The notes under the pieces were generated by a model. The model searched no databases. It saw nothing but the letters and a program-made list of their open reading frames with translations, and had not been told where the DNA came from. Made by a program: the position numbers and the translations under genes. From the NCBI GenBank assembly GCA_963805655.1, contig CAWDVB010000010.1, forward strand, positions 13,832 through 77,831: a stretch of DNA of 64,000 nt, in the 5' to 3' direction. Position 1 is the stretch's first letter; every line of letters begins with the position of its first letter. Below are positions 45,108 through 55,269 of the stretch, in pieces. The DNA is from an uncultured Actinomycetota bacterium. Lineage in GTDB: Bacteria > Actinomycetota > Actinomycetes > Propionibacteriales > Nocardioidaceae.

Positions 45108-45563
45108 GTGTTCCGAGAGCGCCTCAGCGTGCCGCTGGCCTGGTGGGCCCTGGCGACCATGTTCCTCGCCTCGATCCTCATCGCCTTCCTGGTCGCCACT
45201 CCGCTTCCGGTCGCGCTCGGGGTCTCGGTGGCGTTCGGTGCCCTGACCGTCGCGGTCCTGGTGGGCTACGGCCGCGCCGAGGTGATCGTCGAAGCCGGGT
45301 CGCTCACGGTGGGACGGGCCCGGATCGACCTGCGCTTCGTCGGGGAACCGAGCGGCCTGGACGACGATGAGACCCGGGTCGTCCTCGGGGTCAAGGCGGA
45401 CGCGCGGGCCTACCTGATGGTGCGCCCCTACCTCTCGGAGTCGGTGAAGGTCCCGATCGAGGACCCGGACGACCCGACGCCCTACTGGCTGGTCATGACC
45501 CGCCGGAAGGACGCTCTGGTGTCGGCGCTGAATCAGGCGAGAGGTCACTCGACGGTCGGCTAG
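45108..45563 (+). CDS. DUF3093 domain-containing membrane protein
   Basis: 151 aa. [12 protein letters not shown]... two TM helices. AYLMVRPY motif. Syntenic position after dut. Confidence 0.75.
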   Translation: MFRERLSVPLAWWALATMFLASILIAFLVATPLPVALGVSVAFGALTVAVLVGYGRAEVIVEAGSLTVGRARIDLRFVGEPSGLDDDETRVVLGVKADARAYLMVRPYLSESVKVPIEDPDDPTPYWLVMTRRKDALVSALNQARGHSTVG

Positions 45564-45828
45564 CCAGCCTCCCGGCCGAGGTCTGGCGTACGGCGAGCGC
45601 CCTAGCCACCGCAACCGCCGCCCCGCTCAGCGCGCTCCACAGCAGGACCTCGCGCAGGGGGATCTGCACGTCGCCGGCGTTCGTCGGGGGCTTGCGGCCC
45701 GAACCCAGGCGCCAGGTGAGCTCGGTGCCCTTCTTGGCGAGCGCCACGAAACCCGTGGTCGCCGCCTTGCGGCCGACCCGGCCGCCGAAGAACGGGCTGG
45801 CGTTGGACTTGCTCTTGCTCGAGGCCAT
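45493..45828 (-). CDS. DUF4235 domain-containing protein (3' end uncertain)
   Basis: [41 protein letters not shown]...[22 protein letters not shown]. The tail overlaps the convergent gene by 70 nt, so there may be a terminal frameshift. Confidence 0.6.
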   Translation of the reverse strand: MASSKSKSNASPFFGGRVGRKAATTGFVALAKKGTELTWRLGSGRKPPTNAGDVQIPLREVLLWSALSGAAVAVARALAVRQTSAGRLASRPSSDLSPDSAPTPERPSGGS

Positions 45829-45868
45829 GAGCCCAGTTTGTCAGGCCCAGCGAGTCGGACCCAACGAG

Positions 45869-46159
45869 TCAGGCGCAGTCGCGGCAGATCATCTTCTTGG
45901 GGTCCGCCAGCTGGCTGCGGTGGTGTACCAGGAAGCAGCTCATGCAGGTGAACTCGTCGTCCTGCCGCGGCCGCACCTCGACCGCCAGCTCCTCGTGCGA
46001 GAGGTCGGCCCCGGGCAGCTCGAAGGACTCGGCCGCCTCGGCCTCGTCCTCGTCCACCTTGCCGGAGTTCTTCTCGTGCCGCCGCGCCTTCAGCTCTTCG
46101 ATGCTCTCCTCGGCGGAGTCGTCATCGGTCTTGCGCGGTGCGTCGTAGTCAGTCGCCAT
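45869..46159 (-). CDS. DUF4193 domain-containing protein (Rv2699c-like)
   Basis: MATDYDAPRKTDDDSAEESIEELKARR...FELPGADLS...EFTCMSCFLVHHRSQLA...CRDCA. Confidence 0.9.
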   Translation of the reverse strand: MATDYDAPRKTDDDSAEESIEELKARRHEKNSGKVDEDEAEAAESFELPGADLSHEELAVEVRPRQDDEFTCMSCFLVHHRSQLADPKKMICRDCA

Positions 46160-46511
46160 CTCGCCCTGTCCCCTCCCGGTCCGTATCCCTACCGCGGCCC
46201 CGCCCGCAGCCGATCGAAGTCTGTCCTCGAAGTCTCATGTCCTACCCGTGGCCGGGCAGTGCCGGCCGTGTGCCGTCTCACGCGGTGCTCCGACCCGCGC
46301 CTGAACAACCCGCCTGTTCGCTCTGGCACAAAGCCTTGCGAGGCGGATTGTGCACGATCCTCGGGCAAAGTGCACGCCCGGGGGACGTGATCTCCGTCGC
46401 TTCCCGCTGGGGCAGCTGAACCTTGCGCCGACACCGGCCCGCAACGCCACCGGCGGGAGAACTATTCCAGATCCATTCAAGATCCGGCACGGGCGGCCGA
46501 GGGGAACGCCG

Positions 46512-47313
46512 TCACGAGCCCGCAGCCAGGAACCCGCACTCGCGGGCCAGGGCGAGCATCTCGTCGTACGAGTCGCCTCGGCGCCGCCAGGATGAAGGTG
46601 GCGCCGCCTGAGCCGGTCCCGAGGAAGACCCGAGCCCCCGCCTCCTCGGCGATGACCCCGGCCGCGGCGTAGTCCCAGAGGTTCAGCCCCTCCTCCAGGT
46701 ACGCGTCTGCGCGCCCACACGCGATGTCGCACAGGTCGAGCGCGGCCGACCCCTGCCTGCGGATGTCGCGGACGAGGGGCAGCATCCGGGCCACCGCCGC
46801 ACCCTGCCGGGCCCGGACCTCGGCGCGGTAGCCGAACCCGGTGTGCACCAGGCGCTGGTCCATCGGCGGCACCGGCGCGGGTCCGGATCGGGTCGCCGTT
46901 GCAGAAAGGCGCCCGAAGCCGCGGACGGCGGTGTATCGGTCCCCGGTCATGATGTTCACGACGGCGCCGGCGACCATCTCCTCGCCGTCGCGCACCCCGA
47001 TGCTCACCGCCGACCGCGGGATCCCGTAGACGAAGTTGACCGTCCCGTCGATGGGGTCGACGACCCAGGACACTCCCGTCGTGGAGGGAACGTCGTTCCC
47101 CTCCTCTCCGACGAAGCCGTCGCCCGGCCGGAGGCTGCTCAGCTCCCGGCGGAGGAACCGCTCGATGTCCTGGTCGGTCTCGGTCACGATGTCGACCGAG
47201 CTGGACTTGGTCTCGGTGACCTCCACGCCCTGGAGCCGTCGTTCCTCCGCCAGCTCGGCGGCCCGCACCGCCAGGTCGAGCGCGAGGTCGCCGAGGTGCT
47301 CGTGGAGGTTCAT
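46512..47313 (-). pseudogene. suhB: inositol monophosphatase family protein, about 3 frameshifts
   Basis: [15 protein letters not shown]...VDIVTETD...WVVDPIDGTVNF... The conserved GFGA-FCNGDPIR stretch appears only in an alternate frame (about 46880-46930). The C-terminus YDEMLALARECGFLAAGS is in another frame, ending at 46512. Confidence 0.8.
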
Positions 47314-48400
47314 TCGCGACCGCACAAGCGCCGGCCGAGCGCCGCGGCTGTTGGCGCAGCACCCGGGTTCGCACAGGTCCCAGCCGGGAGGAAGGCTCCC
47401 CACCGACTTCCGCTCGACCTGCTCCCCCCGCTCCACCGCCGCGCGCTCGAGGAGCAGGTCACGGATCCCCGCGACGAAGCGCGGGTCGACGCCCGCGGTG
47501 GCAGCGCGCGCGAAGCCGAGGCCGAGCTTCTCGGCGGTGGCCCGCGCCTCGGTGTCCAGGTCGTAGGCGACCTCCATGTGGTCGGAGATGAAGCCGATCG
47601 GGCACGAGCACGACCGCCGTCGCGTCGCCGTCGGCCAGCTCCGCCATCCGATCGTTCACGTCGGGCTCCAGCCAGGGCACGCTGCGGTGGGCCGGAGCGC
47701 GAGCAGTACACCAGCTCGGCGGGGTGGCGCCCTCCGGTCTCCAGCCGGACCCGCTCGGAGATCTCCTCTGCCACGCTGCGGTGCTCGGCCACATAGGCGC
47801 CACCATGCGGGGCCGCTGGCCAGGTTCATCGCCTCCGGGATGGAGTGGGTGACGAAGAGCACGCGGGCACCGGCGCGGTCGGCCTCCTTCAGCTCCGCCA
47901 GTGCCGCCAGCGTGGCGGCCACCATCGCGTCGATGAAGCCCGGATGGTTGAAGTAGTGGCGCAGCCGGTCCAGCCTCGGCGCCCCCGGCACCTCTGCGAC
48001 CGCGTCGTAGAGGTTCTCCCGGTACTGCCGGCACCCGGAGTAGGACGCGTACGCGCTGGTGACCAGGCAGGCCGCACGCTGGATCCCGTCTGCTGCCATC
48101 TCGGCGAGCGCCTCGGGCGAGAGTGGGGTCCCAGTTGCGGTTGCCCCAGTAGACCGGGATGTCGATCCCGGCCGCGGCCAGGTCGTCCCGGACAGCCCGG
48201 CGGAGCAGCCGGTTCTGGTCGTTGATGGGGCTGCGTCCCCCGAACAGGAAGTAGTGCTGCCCGACCTCCTCGAGTCGCTCGGTGGGGATGCCCCGCCCGG
48301 CGGTGACGTTCTCCAGGAAGGGGACGACGTCCTCGGGCCGCTCCGGGCCGCCGAACGACACGAGCAGGAGTGCGTCGTACGGGTCTGCCGCTGTCGCCAT
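47310..48400 (-). pseudogene. hemH: ferrochelatase, 5 or more frameshifts
   Basis: [32 protein letters not shown]...YWGNRNW, then ...[22 protein letters not shown]...[13 protein letters not shown], then [14 protein letters not shown]...[11 protein letters not shown], then [12 protein letters not shown], then [15 protein letters not shown]. Each segment is in a different frame. The expected stop forms an ATGA overlap with suhB. Confidence 0.85.
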
Positions 48401-48587
48401 GCCGCCATCCTAGGGAGCAACCCCACCGGCGCGGAGGCGGCCGGGTCGCCTCCGCCGGGTCGCGGCGCTTCCCGGGCCCGCGCGACAGGGTGCTCGCTGC
48501 GGCAGGGAGCAGCGCGAGTCCTCCCCGCGGCGGCGGCGCGGCTGAAGTAGGCTCGCCAGAACAGGTGGCGAAGGAGGATCGCGACGG

Positions 48588-49510
48588 ATGCAGGACCTCA
48601 CCGTGGTGGGGCCCAGCACCGACGGGACCAGGTTGATCCTGCGGTCTGCGAGCGGTGCCGAGTTCTCGGTACTGATCGACGATCCGCTGATCGCCGCGGT
48701 ACGCGCAGCGCAGGGGTCATCGCACGGTGATCCCCCGGCCCGGTTGGAGGTGCAGATGGACGGCCCCCTTCGACCACGAGACATCCAGGCCCGCATCCGC
48801 GCCGGCGAGTCTCCCGAGGACCTCGCGGCGGCTGCAGGCACGGACGTCGAGCGCGTGATGGTCTTCGCGCGCCCGGTCCTCGCCGAGCGGGCCCATATCG
48901 CCGAGCGTGCCCAGCGGGCGTCGCTCCGGCTCCGCCACGGGGATGCGGCCGCGCGACTCCTGGGCGACGTGATCGCCGAGCACCTGCGCGAGGAGAACAT
49001 CAGCCCCGAGTCCCTGCACTGGGACTCGTGGCGCCGCGAGGACGGCCGGTGGACCCTGGTCGCCGAGTCGCCCCGCGGGGACACCGCCGAGTTCATCTTC
49101 GACTCGGCCGGCCGGTACGTCGTGGCCCAGAACGAGATCCGCACGATGGCTGGTCCGCGACATTCCCGAGGAGACGGACGCGACCGCGGCCGAGCCGACG
49201 GCCACCCACCAGGGCCGCGCCCAGCCGGTCGCCACGGAGCAGCAGCTGCCGCTCGGCGAGGACGCCCTCGGCCTGGTGCGCGGCGTGACCGACGACTGGA
49301 TGGCGACCCAGGCCAGCGAGCGGCTCCTCGCCGCGCAGCGAGCCCGCGGGCCTCCGCGCAGACCCAGGACGAGTCGGCCGCCGAGACGAGGCCCCGGACG
49401 CCGCGGACGGCGAGGCCACCGAGGAGCATCCGCCGCGGAAGTCGCGCCGTCACCGGGCATCGGTGCCGAGCTGGGACGAGATCATGTTCGGATCCGGCCC
49501 GCAGGAGTAG
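48588..49510 (+). pseudogene. sepH: septation protein SepH (DUF3071), 3 or more frameshifts
   Basis: [39 protein letters not shown]...PRDIQARIRAGES. The conserved C-terminus RKSRRHRASVPSWDEIMFGSGPQE-stop is in another frame, ending at 49510. AAGGAGG precedes the ATG. Confidence 0.8.
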
Positions 49511-49524
49511 CCCGGGGCTCCCCC

Positions 49525-50360
49525 TCAGCCGCCCTGGGCGACCGGCCTGGGGTCCCGGCGCTGACCCACTCGCTCCACGACCCGGGATACAGCGCGGCCT
49601 CCACACCCAGCACCGCAGCGACCAGCACACCGTGCGCCGCGGTCACGCCCGACCCGCAGTAGAAGCCGACCGGCCCCCCGAGCATCCCCGCATACAGGGT
49701 CGCGAGCTCGTCGCGCTGCTTCAGGACCTCCACCGAGCCGCGCGAGGTCAGGCTGGCCGCGGTCGGCACGTTGACCGCCCCCGGGATGTGGCCGGCGACC
49801 GGGTCGACGGGTTCGGCCTCGCCGCGGAAGCGCTCCGCCGCGCGCACGTCGACGAGCGCGCCCTCGCGAGCGAAGGCCAGCACCTGGCCCGCCTCCAGGA
49901 CGGGCATCCCGCCGGGGCGGGGCGCGAAGTCCCCGGGGTCGGGCAGGATCTCGCCGCGCTCCACGTCCCCTCCTGCAGCCACCCACGCAGACCAGCCGCC
50001 GTCGAGCACCCGGACGTCGGGATGCCCGGCGTAGCGGAGCAGCCACCACGCACGCGCCGCGGACGTGCCCGCCACGTCGTCGTACACCACCACGCTGCGG
50101 TCGCCGCGGACCCCGCAGCGGCGCATGGCCTCGCCGAAGCGCGCCAGGTCGGGCAGCGGGTGCCGGCCACGGCCCTGGCCCGGCGGGTCGGCGAGGTCGG
50201 TCTCCAGGTCCACGAACGCGGCCCCCGGGATGTGCCCATCCCGGTAGAGGTCGAGCCCGTCGTCGCGGCCCAGCGCCCAGCGGACGTCGAGCAGCGTGAC
50301 GGGTCCGCCCACGAGACCAGCCAGCTCGTCGGCCGCGATGAGCGGCTCAGTGGTGTCCAC
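49525..50360 (-). CDS. thiosulfate/3-mercaptopyruvate sulfurtransferase (tandem rhodanese), frameshift in the last ~12 codons
   Basis: LLDVRW...GHIPGA...active-site CGSGVTA...YPGSWSEWVS. The expected ending DPRPVAQGG-stop (49525) is in the adjacent frame. The uncorrected ORF ends at 49482. Confidence 0.8.
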
Positions 50361-50377
50361 GCCGTGCCCTCCTGGAG

Positions 50378-51035
50378 TCAGCCGAACGGAAGCGGGTCAC
50401 CGATCATCTCGACCGCGCGCGCGCGGGCGGCGGTCATCCGGCGACGGTGGTGCTGCGCGGCAGAGCACCTCGTAGCCCACCTCCGGGGCGGGACCGTCCC
50501 GCCGGCCTCGACGTCGCCGACCACGATGACCTCCCCCTCGGTGGTCATCACGCCGTTCTCGGTGCGGGCGTTGTGCGTCGCCCGCTTGCCACACCAGCAG
50601 AGGGCCTCGACCTGCAGCACGTGCATCCGGTCCGCCAGCTCCACCAGCCGTGCCGACCCGGGGAAGAGCAGGGTGCGGAAGTCGGTGAGGATGCCGAACG
50701 CGAACACGTCGATCTGCAGCTCATCGACGACGCGTGCCAGCTGGTCGATCTGCTCCGGCCGGTAGAACTGCGACTCGTCACACACGATGAAGTCGATCCG
50801 GGCTCCCGCGGTCAGCGCGTCGACCACGTGGGTCCAGAAGTTGAGCGTCGTCGGTGACCTCCACGGCGTCGGACTGGAGGCCCAGCCGACTGGAGATCAG
50901 CGAGTCGCCGGCACGGTCATGGCTGGTGAACATGCGTCCGACCCGCCCGCGCACGCTGTGGTTGTGGTTGGTCTGCAGCGCCAACGTCGACTTGCCGGAG
51001 TCCATGGTGCCGGTGAAGTAGTGCAGTTCGGCCAC
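50378..51035 (-). pseudogene. tdk: thymidine kinase, about 3 frameshifts
   Basis: MAELHYFTGTMDSGKSTLAL P-loop, then VVDALTAGARIDFIVCDESQFY...CWCGKRATHNAR in a second frame. YEVLCR is only in a third frame between two nearby indels. Confidence 0.85.
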
Positions 51036-51072
51036 CCCGGAACTATGCCACGTCCAGCTCGCGTCCCGAGCA

Positions 51073-52200
51073 TCAGCAGACCAGCAGCGGAACGAGCATC
51101 TCGGCCGACGTCAACGATCCGTGCATGCCGACCAGCGTGGTCTCGTGGGGGAAGTCCACGGTGCTCACGACCGCCCAGTCGCCCGCGGCTGGCCACGACC
51201 ACGTCGCCGATCCGCGGCCGCACGCTGGGGGCGAGCTCGCCGAACCAGCCCCGGGCGGCCGCGTCGTCGCGCAGCAGGACCTCGGCCCGCTCTGCGAGCA
51301 GGGCCCGCCAGGTCGGCGGTCGACGTCCTCGGCCGCGCCCGCCCGGCAGTACAGGTGGCGGAAGCGGGCCTCGCCGCCCAGCAGGACCAGGCCCTCGCGC
51401 AGCGTCGGATAGTCGTCCACGTCGAGGCCGGGTCGGAGACGTCGACCATCCCGTGGTCGGCAATCACGACGAGCCGTACGTCGTCGGGAGCACGTCGCGC
51501 ACGTGCTCGACAGCGGCGTCGATCATGGACAGCTGCTGTTGCCACTGGGTCGATCCGACCCCGTAGCGGTGCCCGGTCCAGTCGAGGTCCCCGTCGTACA
51601 TGTAGGTCAGCGACGGGGCCCGGCGCACCGACTCCAGCACGGCGGCCAGCCGCTCCCCCCAACGATCGGCCCCGATGAACTCGGCTCCACGGGTGCCCGC
51701 GACGGTCAGGCCGGAGCCGGCGAATCCGGCCTTGTTCACGACGGTCGTGCGCACACCTGCCCGCTCCAGCCGGTCGAAGACCGTGGGATGGGGCTGCCAC
51801 TCCAGCGGGTCCACGTCCTTGCTCCACTGCAGCGCGTTCAGCAGCGAGGTGGTCCCGGGTATCCGCGAGGTGTATCCGACCACCCCGTGAGCACCGGGCG
51901 GCAGCGCGGTGCCCAGGGAGGTCAGGCTGGTGGCCGTGGTCGACGGGGCACCTACCGTGATCGGCGAGCTGCCCTCCCCCAGCGACGACAGGAACGGCGC
52001 GTCCTGGGCGTGGCCCTGCGAGGAGCTCCCAGCCGAGACCGTCGACGAGGAACACCACGTAGTGCTCCCCCGGTGGAAGCTCCGTGCTCCCGGCGTGCCG
52101 CTCGCCGCCCAGGTCGACCCCGAGCGCACGGGACACCGCGGGCAGCACCCCCGCGAGGCGACCGCTCGCCGTAGCGAGGAGTCACGAAGTCGCCGGGCAC
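51073..52200 (-). pseudogene. alkaline phosphatase (nucleotide pyrophosphatase/phosphodiesterase) family protein, 6 or more frameshifts
   Basis: Fragments HYVVFLVDGLGWELL, APSTTATSLTSLGTALPPGAHGVVGY, MYDGDLDWTGHRYG, VVIADHGMVDV, FRHLYC and TLVGMHGSLTSAEMLVPLLV are distributed over three frames. Confidence 0.75.
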
Positions 52201-52203
52201 GAG

Positions 52204-52816
52204 TCAGGTCCGAGGGGACGACGGGGCACCCTGGGCCGACAGAGCGTCGGCGAAGTGCAGGAGGTGCGCGACTGCGGCGGCACCCTCGGCGGCCTCACTC
52301 ACACGCAGCGAGAAGTCGTCGGAGGTGACGACGCCGGTGTAGCCGTGGTCCGCGTCGCAGCTCGGGTCGCCGCAGGTGGCCGGCTCGAGATCGATGCGGC
52401 CGATCGCCCCCCACCCGATGGTCAGCACCGCCTCGGCGGCCCGGGTCACGCCGTCGACGTACGTCGCGGGGGTCGCGACCATCCGGTTCACCACCACCGA
52501 CGTGATCCGCGACAGCGGGACCGCCTCGGTCGACGTCGACGTGTACTGCTGCGGGAGGAGCTCGTCGGGGGGCCGCTCGTCGGTGTGGCAGAGGATCAGC
52601 CGGGTGGGGGTCAGCACCAGCACGGTCTCGTGGCGGTGCACCTCGTCGCGCTCGTCGATGGTGGGCTCGTGGTGGACCAGAAATGCGGTCACGGGCTCGC
52701 CGCCGGCCGCCGCCATCGCGGCCTCGGCGACGATGTCCGGGTAGTAGCCCGAAGCGTCGATGGCCGCCCGGAGAGCACTGCTGCGATCACTGCCGGGGCC
52801 GTGAGTCGAGGCGCAT
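52204..52816 (-). pseudogene. DUF5998 family protein, N-terminal frameshift
   Basis: The conserved IDASGYYPDIVAEAAMAAAGGEPVTAFLVHHEPT... has no in-frame start upstream of GYYPD. The ATG at 52816 (MRLDSRPR) is in the adjacent frame. Confidence 0.65.
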
Positions 52817-52821
52817 GCGAC

Positions 52822-54083
52822 TCAGTCTGTCACGAGCCCGTTCTGCTCGGGGGTGAGGTGCTTGCCCAGGCCGAGCAGCAGGAACGCCGACAGCGCCGTC
52901 CCCCCGATGGTCAGACCCAGCCAGAGTCCGGCCAGCCCGTTGCCGAACAACGTGCCGGCCAGCGCGGGACCGATGATGCCGGACACGGACCACGACATCA
53001 CCCCGATCGCGTTGTAACGGCCACGCAGCTCCTCGGTGGCCAGGGCGTTGATGAGAGCCGGAGCCACCGGTGCCCACAGCGTCTCCCCCAGGCCGAAGAC
53101 CCCGAGGCCGACCACGACCATCGCCACGGCGAGCCAACCGCTGACGAGCCCACCGAGCCCGATCACGATCCACGCGGCCGACCACACCGCTGCGGTCGTG
53201 GCCAGCATCCGGGTCCGGGCTCGCCCCTGGATCAGGCGCAGCGCCAGCATCTGCCCGGCCACGATGGCGCCGGTGTTGGCCGCGAACGCCCAGCCGAGGA
53301 AGTGCGGCTCGATGCCTGCCACGGTCACGCTGTAGGCGGTGAAGCCCGCCTCGATCTGGGCGTACCCGAAGGTGAGCAGCAGGATGGTGATGACCACGAC
53401 GCGGATCAGCGTCCGGTCACGCAGGACCTCGCGCCAGCCACCGTGGGGGACGAGCTCGCCGCGTCCGACTCGTCCCTGACCAGGGCACCCGTCAGTCGGG
53501 GCAGCGTGGCGAGTACCGCGATGTAGGCGACATAGGTCACTGCGTTGAACTGGTAGAGCCGCTGGAAGGACCCGACGTTGTCGATCGACACCAGGAGCGA
53601 CGAGATGAGGCCCCCGACACCCAGGCCGGCGTTCATCAGCATGAACTGCAGGCCGTACGCCCGCTCGCGCTGCGACACGTCGACCATCCGGGTGAGCAGG
53701 GCATTCCCCGCCGGCCACAAGGCGACGCCCCCGGCCGCGATCAGTGAGCCGACGGCGAACGCGCCGGTGATGGTCGTGACCATGCTCCAGGAGATGACGC
53801 CGACGGCCTCGACCGCCAGGCCGAGGATCAGCACCGGCCGCGGGCCCCAGCGGTCGATCAGCGTGCCCACCGGACCCGTGAGGATCAGCGAGAGCGCCCC
53901 CATCCAGGCCAGGACGAGCCCGACCAGCGTCGGCTGGAGGTCCCGCACCTCCGTCAGGTACACGTAGAGGAAGGGCAGGATCAGGCCGTTGCCCAGCGCG
54001 CTCAACGAGATGCCGAAGAAGAGCCTGCGCACCAGCGGGCTCAGGGCAGGCGGCGAAGGCCTTGCGGCGGTCAGGTTGGTCAC
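52822..54083 (-). pseudogene. MFS transporter, one frameshift near 53450
   Basis: The N-terminal six helices are in the 53406..54083 frame (LIDRWGPRPVLILG). The C-terminal half is in the 52822..53718 frame. Confidence 0.8.
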
Positions 54084-54161
54084 CTGAACATTCTCCTGAG
54101 GTTCAGCCGCTCCGCCAAATCACTTTCACCGCGCGGGGCGCGGCCGCGGCGGAAGGCTCCT

Positions 54162-54530
54162 ATGCTGCGTGCCATGGCCATCGCACGCTTTCCCACGGTC
54201 GTCATCGACTGCGCCGAGCCCGAGGCTCTCGCCGAGTTCTACGCCGCGTTGCTGGGCTGGACCATCGACGCGTCGCCCGGCTGGATCGACGTGCGGGCCG
54301 ACTACGGCCAGTGCATCTCGATCCAGCGGGTGGAGAGCTACTCGCCTCCCGACTGGCCGGGTCAGGACAAGCCCCAGCAGATGCACCTCGACGTGGTGGT
54401 CGACGACCTGGACGAAGCTGAGACGGCAGTGATCGAGCTCGGCGCCACCAAGCACGAGCACCAGCCGGGCACCACCTTCCGTGTCTTCCTCGACCCGGCG
54501 GGGCACCCGTTCTGCCTCTGCCTGAGCTGA
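54162..54530 (+). CDS. VOC (glyoxalase/bleomycin-resistance) family protein
   Basis: 122 aa. FPTVVIDCAEPEALAEFYAALLGW...FLDPAGHPFCL. An alternative leaderless start at 54174 is preceded by TATGCT plus 7 nt. Confidence 0.85.
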   Translation: MLRAMAIARFPTVVIDCAEPEALAEFYAALLGWTIDASPGWIDVRADYGQCISIQRVESYSPPDWPGQDKPQQMHLDVVVDDLDEAETAVIELGATKHEHQPGTTFRVFLDPAGHPFCLCLS

Positions 54531-54538
54531 GCGACGGG

Positions 54539-55203
54539 TCAGGAGATCCGGTAGCCGTCCCGGGCCACCGTGAAGCCCTTGCCCGTCGCGGTGTTGCGGC
54601 ACGTCACGCCGGTCCGCTCGCTGGTGCATGTCAGATGCCCGAGGACGATCTCGTTGCCGTATCCCAGACCCGCGCCGGCGGCCGACTGCCCGGCCAGGTG
54701 CACGCGCGGGTTGTGCGACCGGTCGAACCAGCGGGTGTAGCGCGGAAAGCCCGCGGGCACCTTCCGCAGGAGGGCATCGGGGGCAATGGTGTCGGTGACG
54801 CACCCGAGGGACGCGTGCCTGGCCAGCTCGAAGTCCAGGCCGTAGCTGCCGTGGCAGTCCGGCGGGGTCGACGGCACCGGGTAGCCGGCCTCGGAGATGT
54901 CGCAGCGCACGAACGCGGTCCTCGACCCGACAGACCGGTCCGGCGACGCCCATGAGGCACACGATGTTGCCGTCGGGCGAGAAGAACGCGGCCCCGGAGG
55001 ACCCGGTGACGTCGTAGACGTGCCGGGGTGCGGCACTGGCCGAGGAGTCACTCGACGCGGGTGGGCCGGAGCTCGACGAGCCTGAGGCGGACGACGGACT
55101 GCCCGACCCGGTGCAGGCGGACAGGACCAGCACGGCGGACAGCACGAGGGCCGCCCATCCCCCGTGACGCTTCGGATCGGACCTGGCTCGACTGCACGCT
55201 CAT
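54539..55203 (-). pseudogene. hypothetical lipoprotein, 2 frameshifts
   Basis: MSVQSSQVRSEASRG, then WAALVLSAVLVLSAC (lipobox) TGSGS...FFSPDGNIVCLMG, then FVRCDISEAGYPVPSTPPDCHGSYGLDFEL...TCRNTATGKGFTVARDGYRIS. Confidence 0.6.
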
Positions 55204-55269
55204 GGCACCCCCTCCCGGCACCCTACGACCGAAGGGTCACGTGAACCCGCGATGCGGAGGGCGCGGCGC

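Noticed and set aside
46160-46511. 350-bp gap between the DUF4193 gene and suhB, examined for a small gene or sRNA.
   Set aside because: The small ORFs there (70-93 aa) have no protein-like features. I could not recognise a known RNA motif or a convincing promoter/terminator pair.
46477-47577. Apparent hemH-suhB fusion ORF. Similar apparent fusions are trkA-trkA (41531..42541) and dut-DUF3710 (44134..44682).
   Set aside because: Canonical coupled stop/start junctions (ATGA, TGATG, GTGA) are present but out of register because of nearby indels. These are adjacent genes, not fusions.
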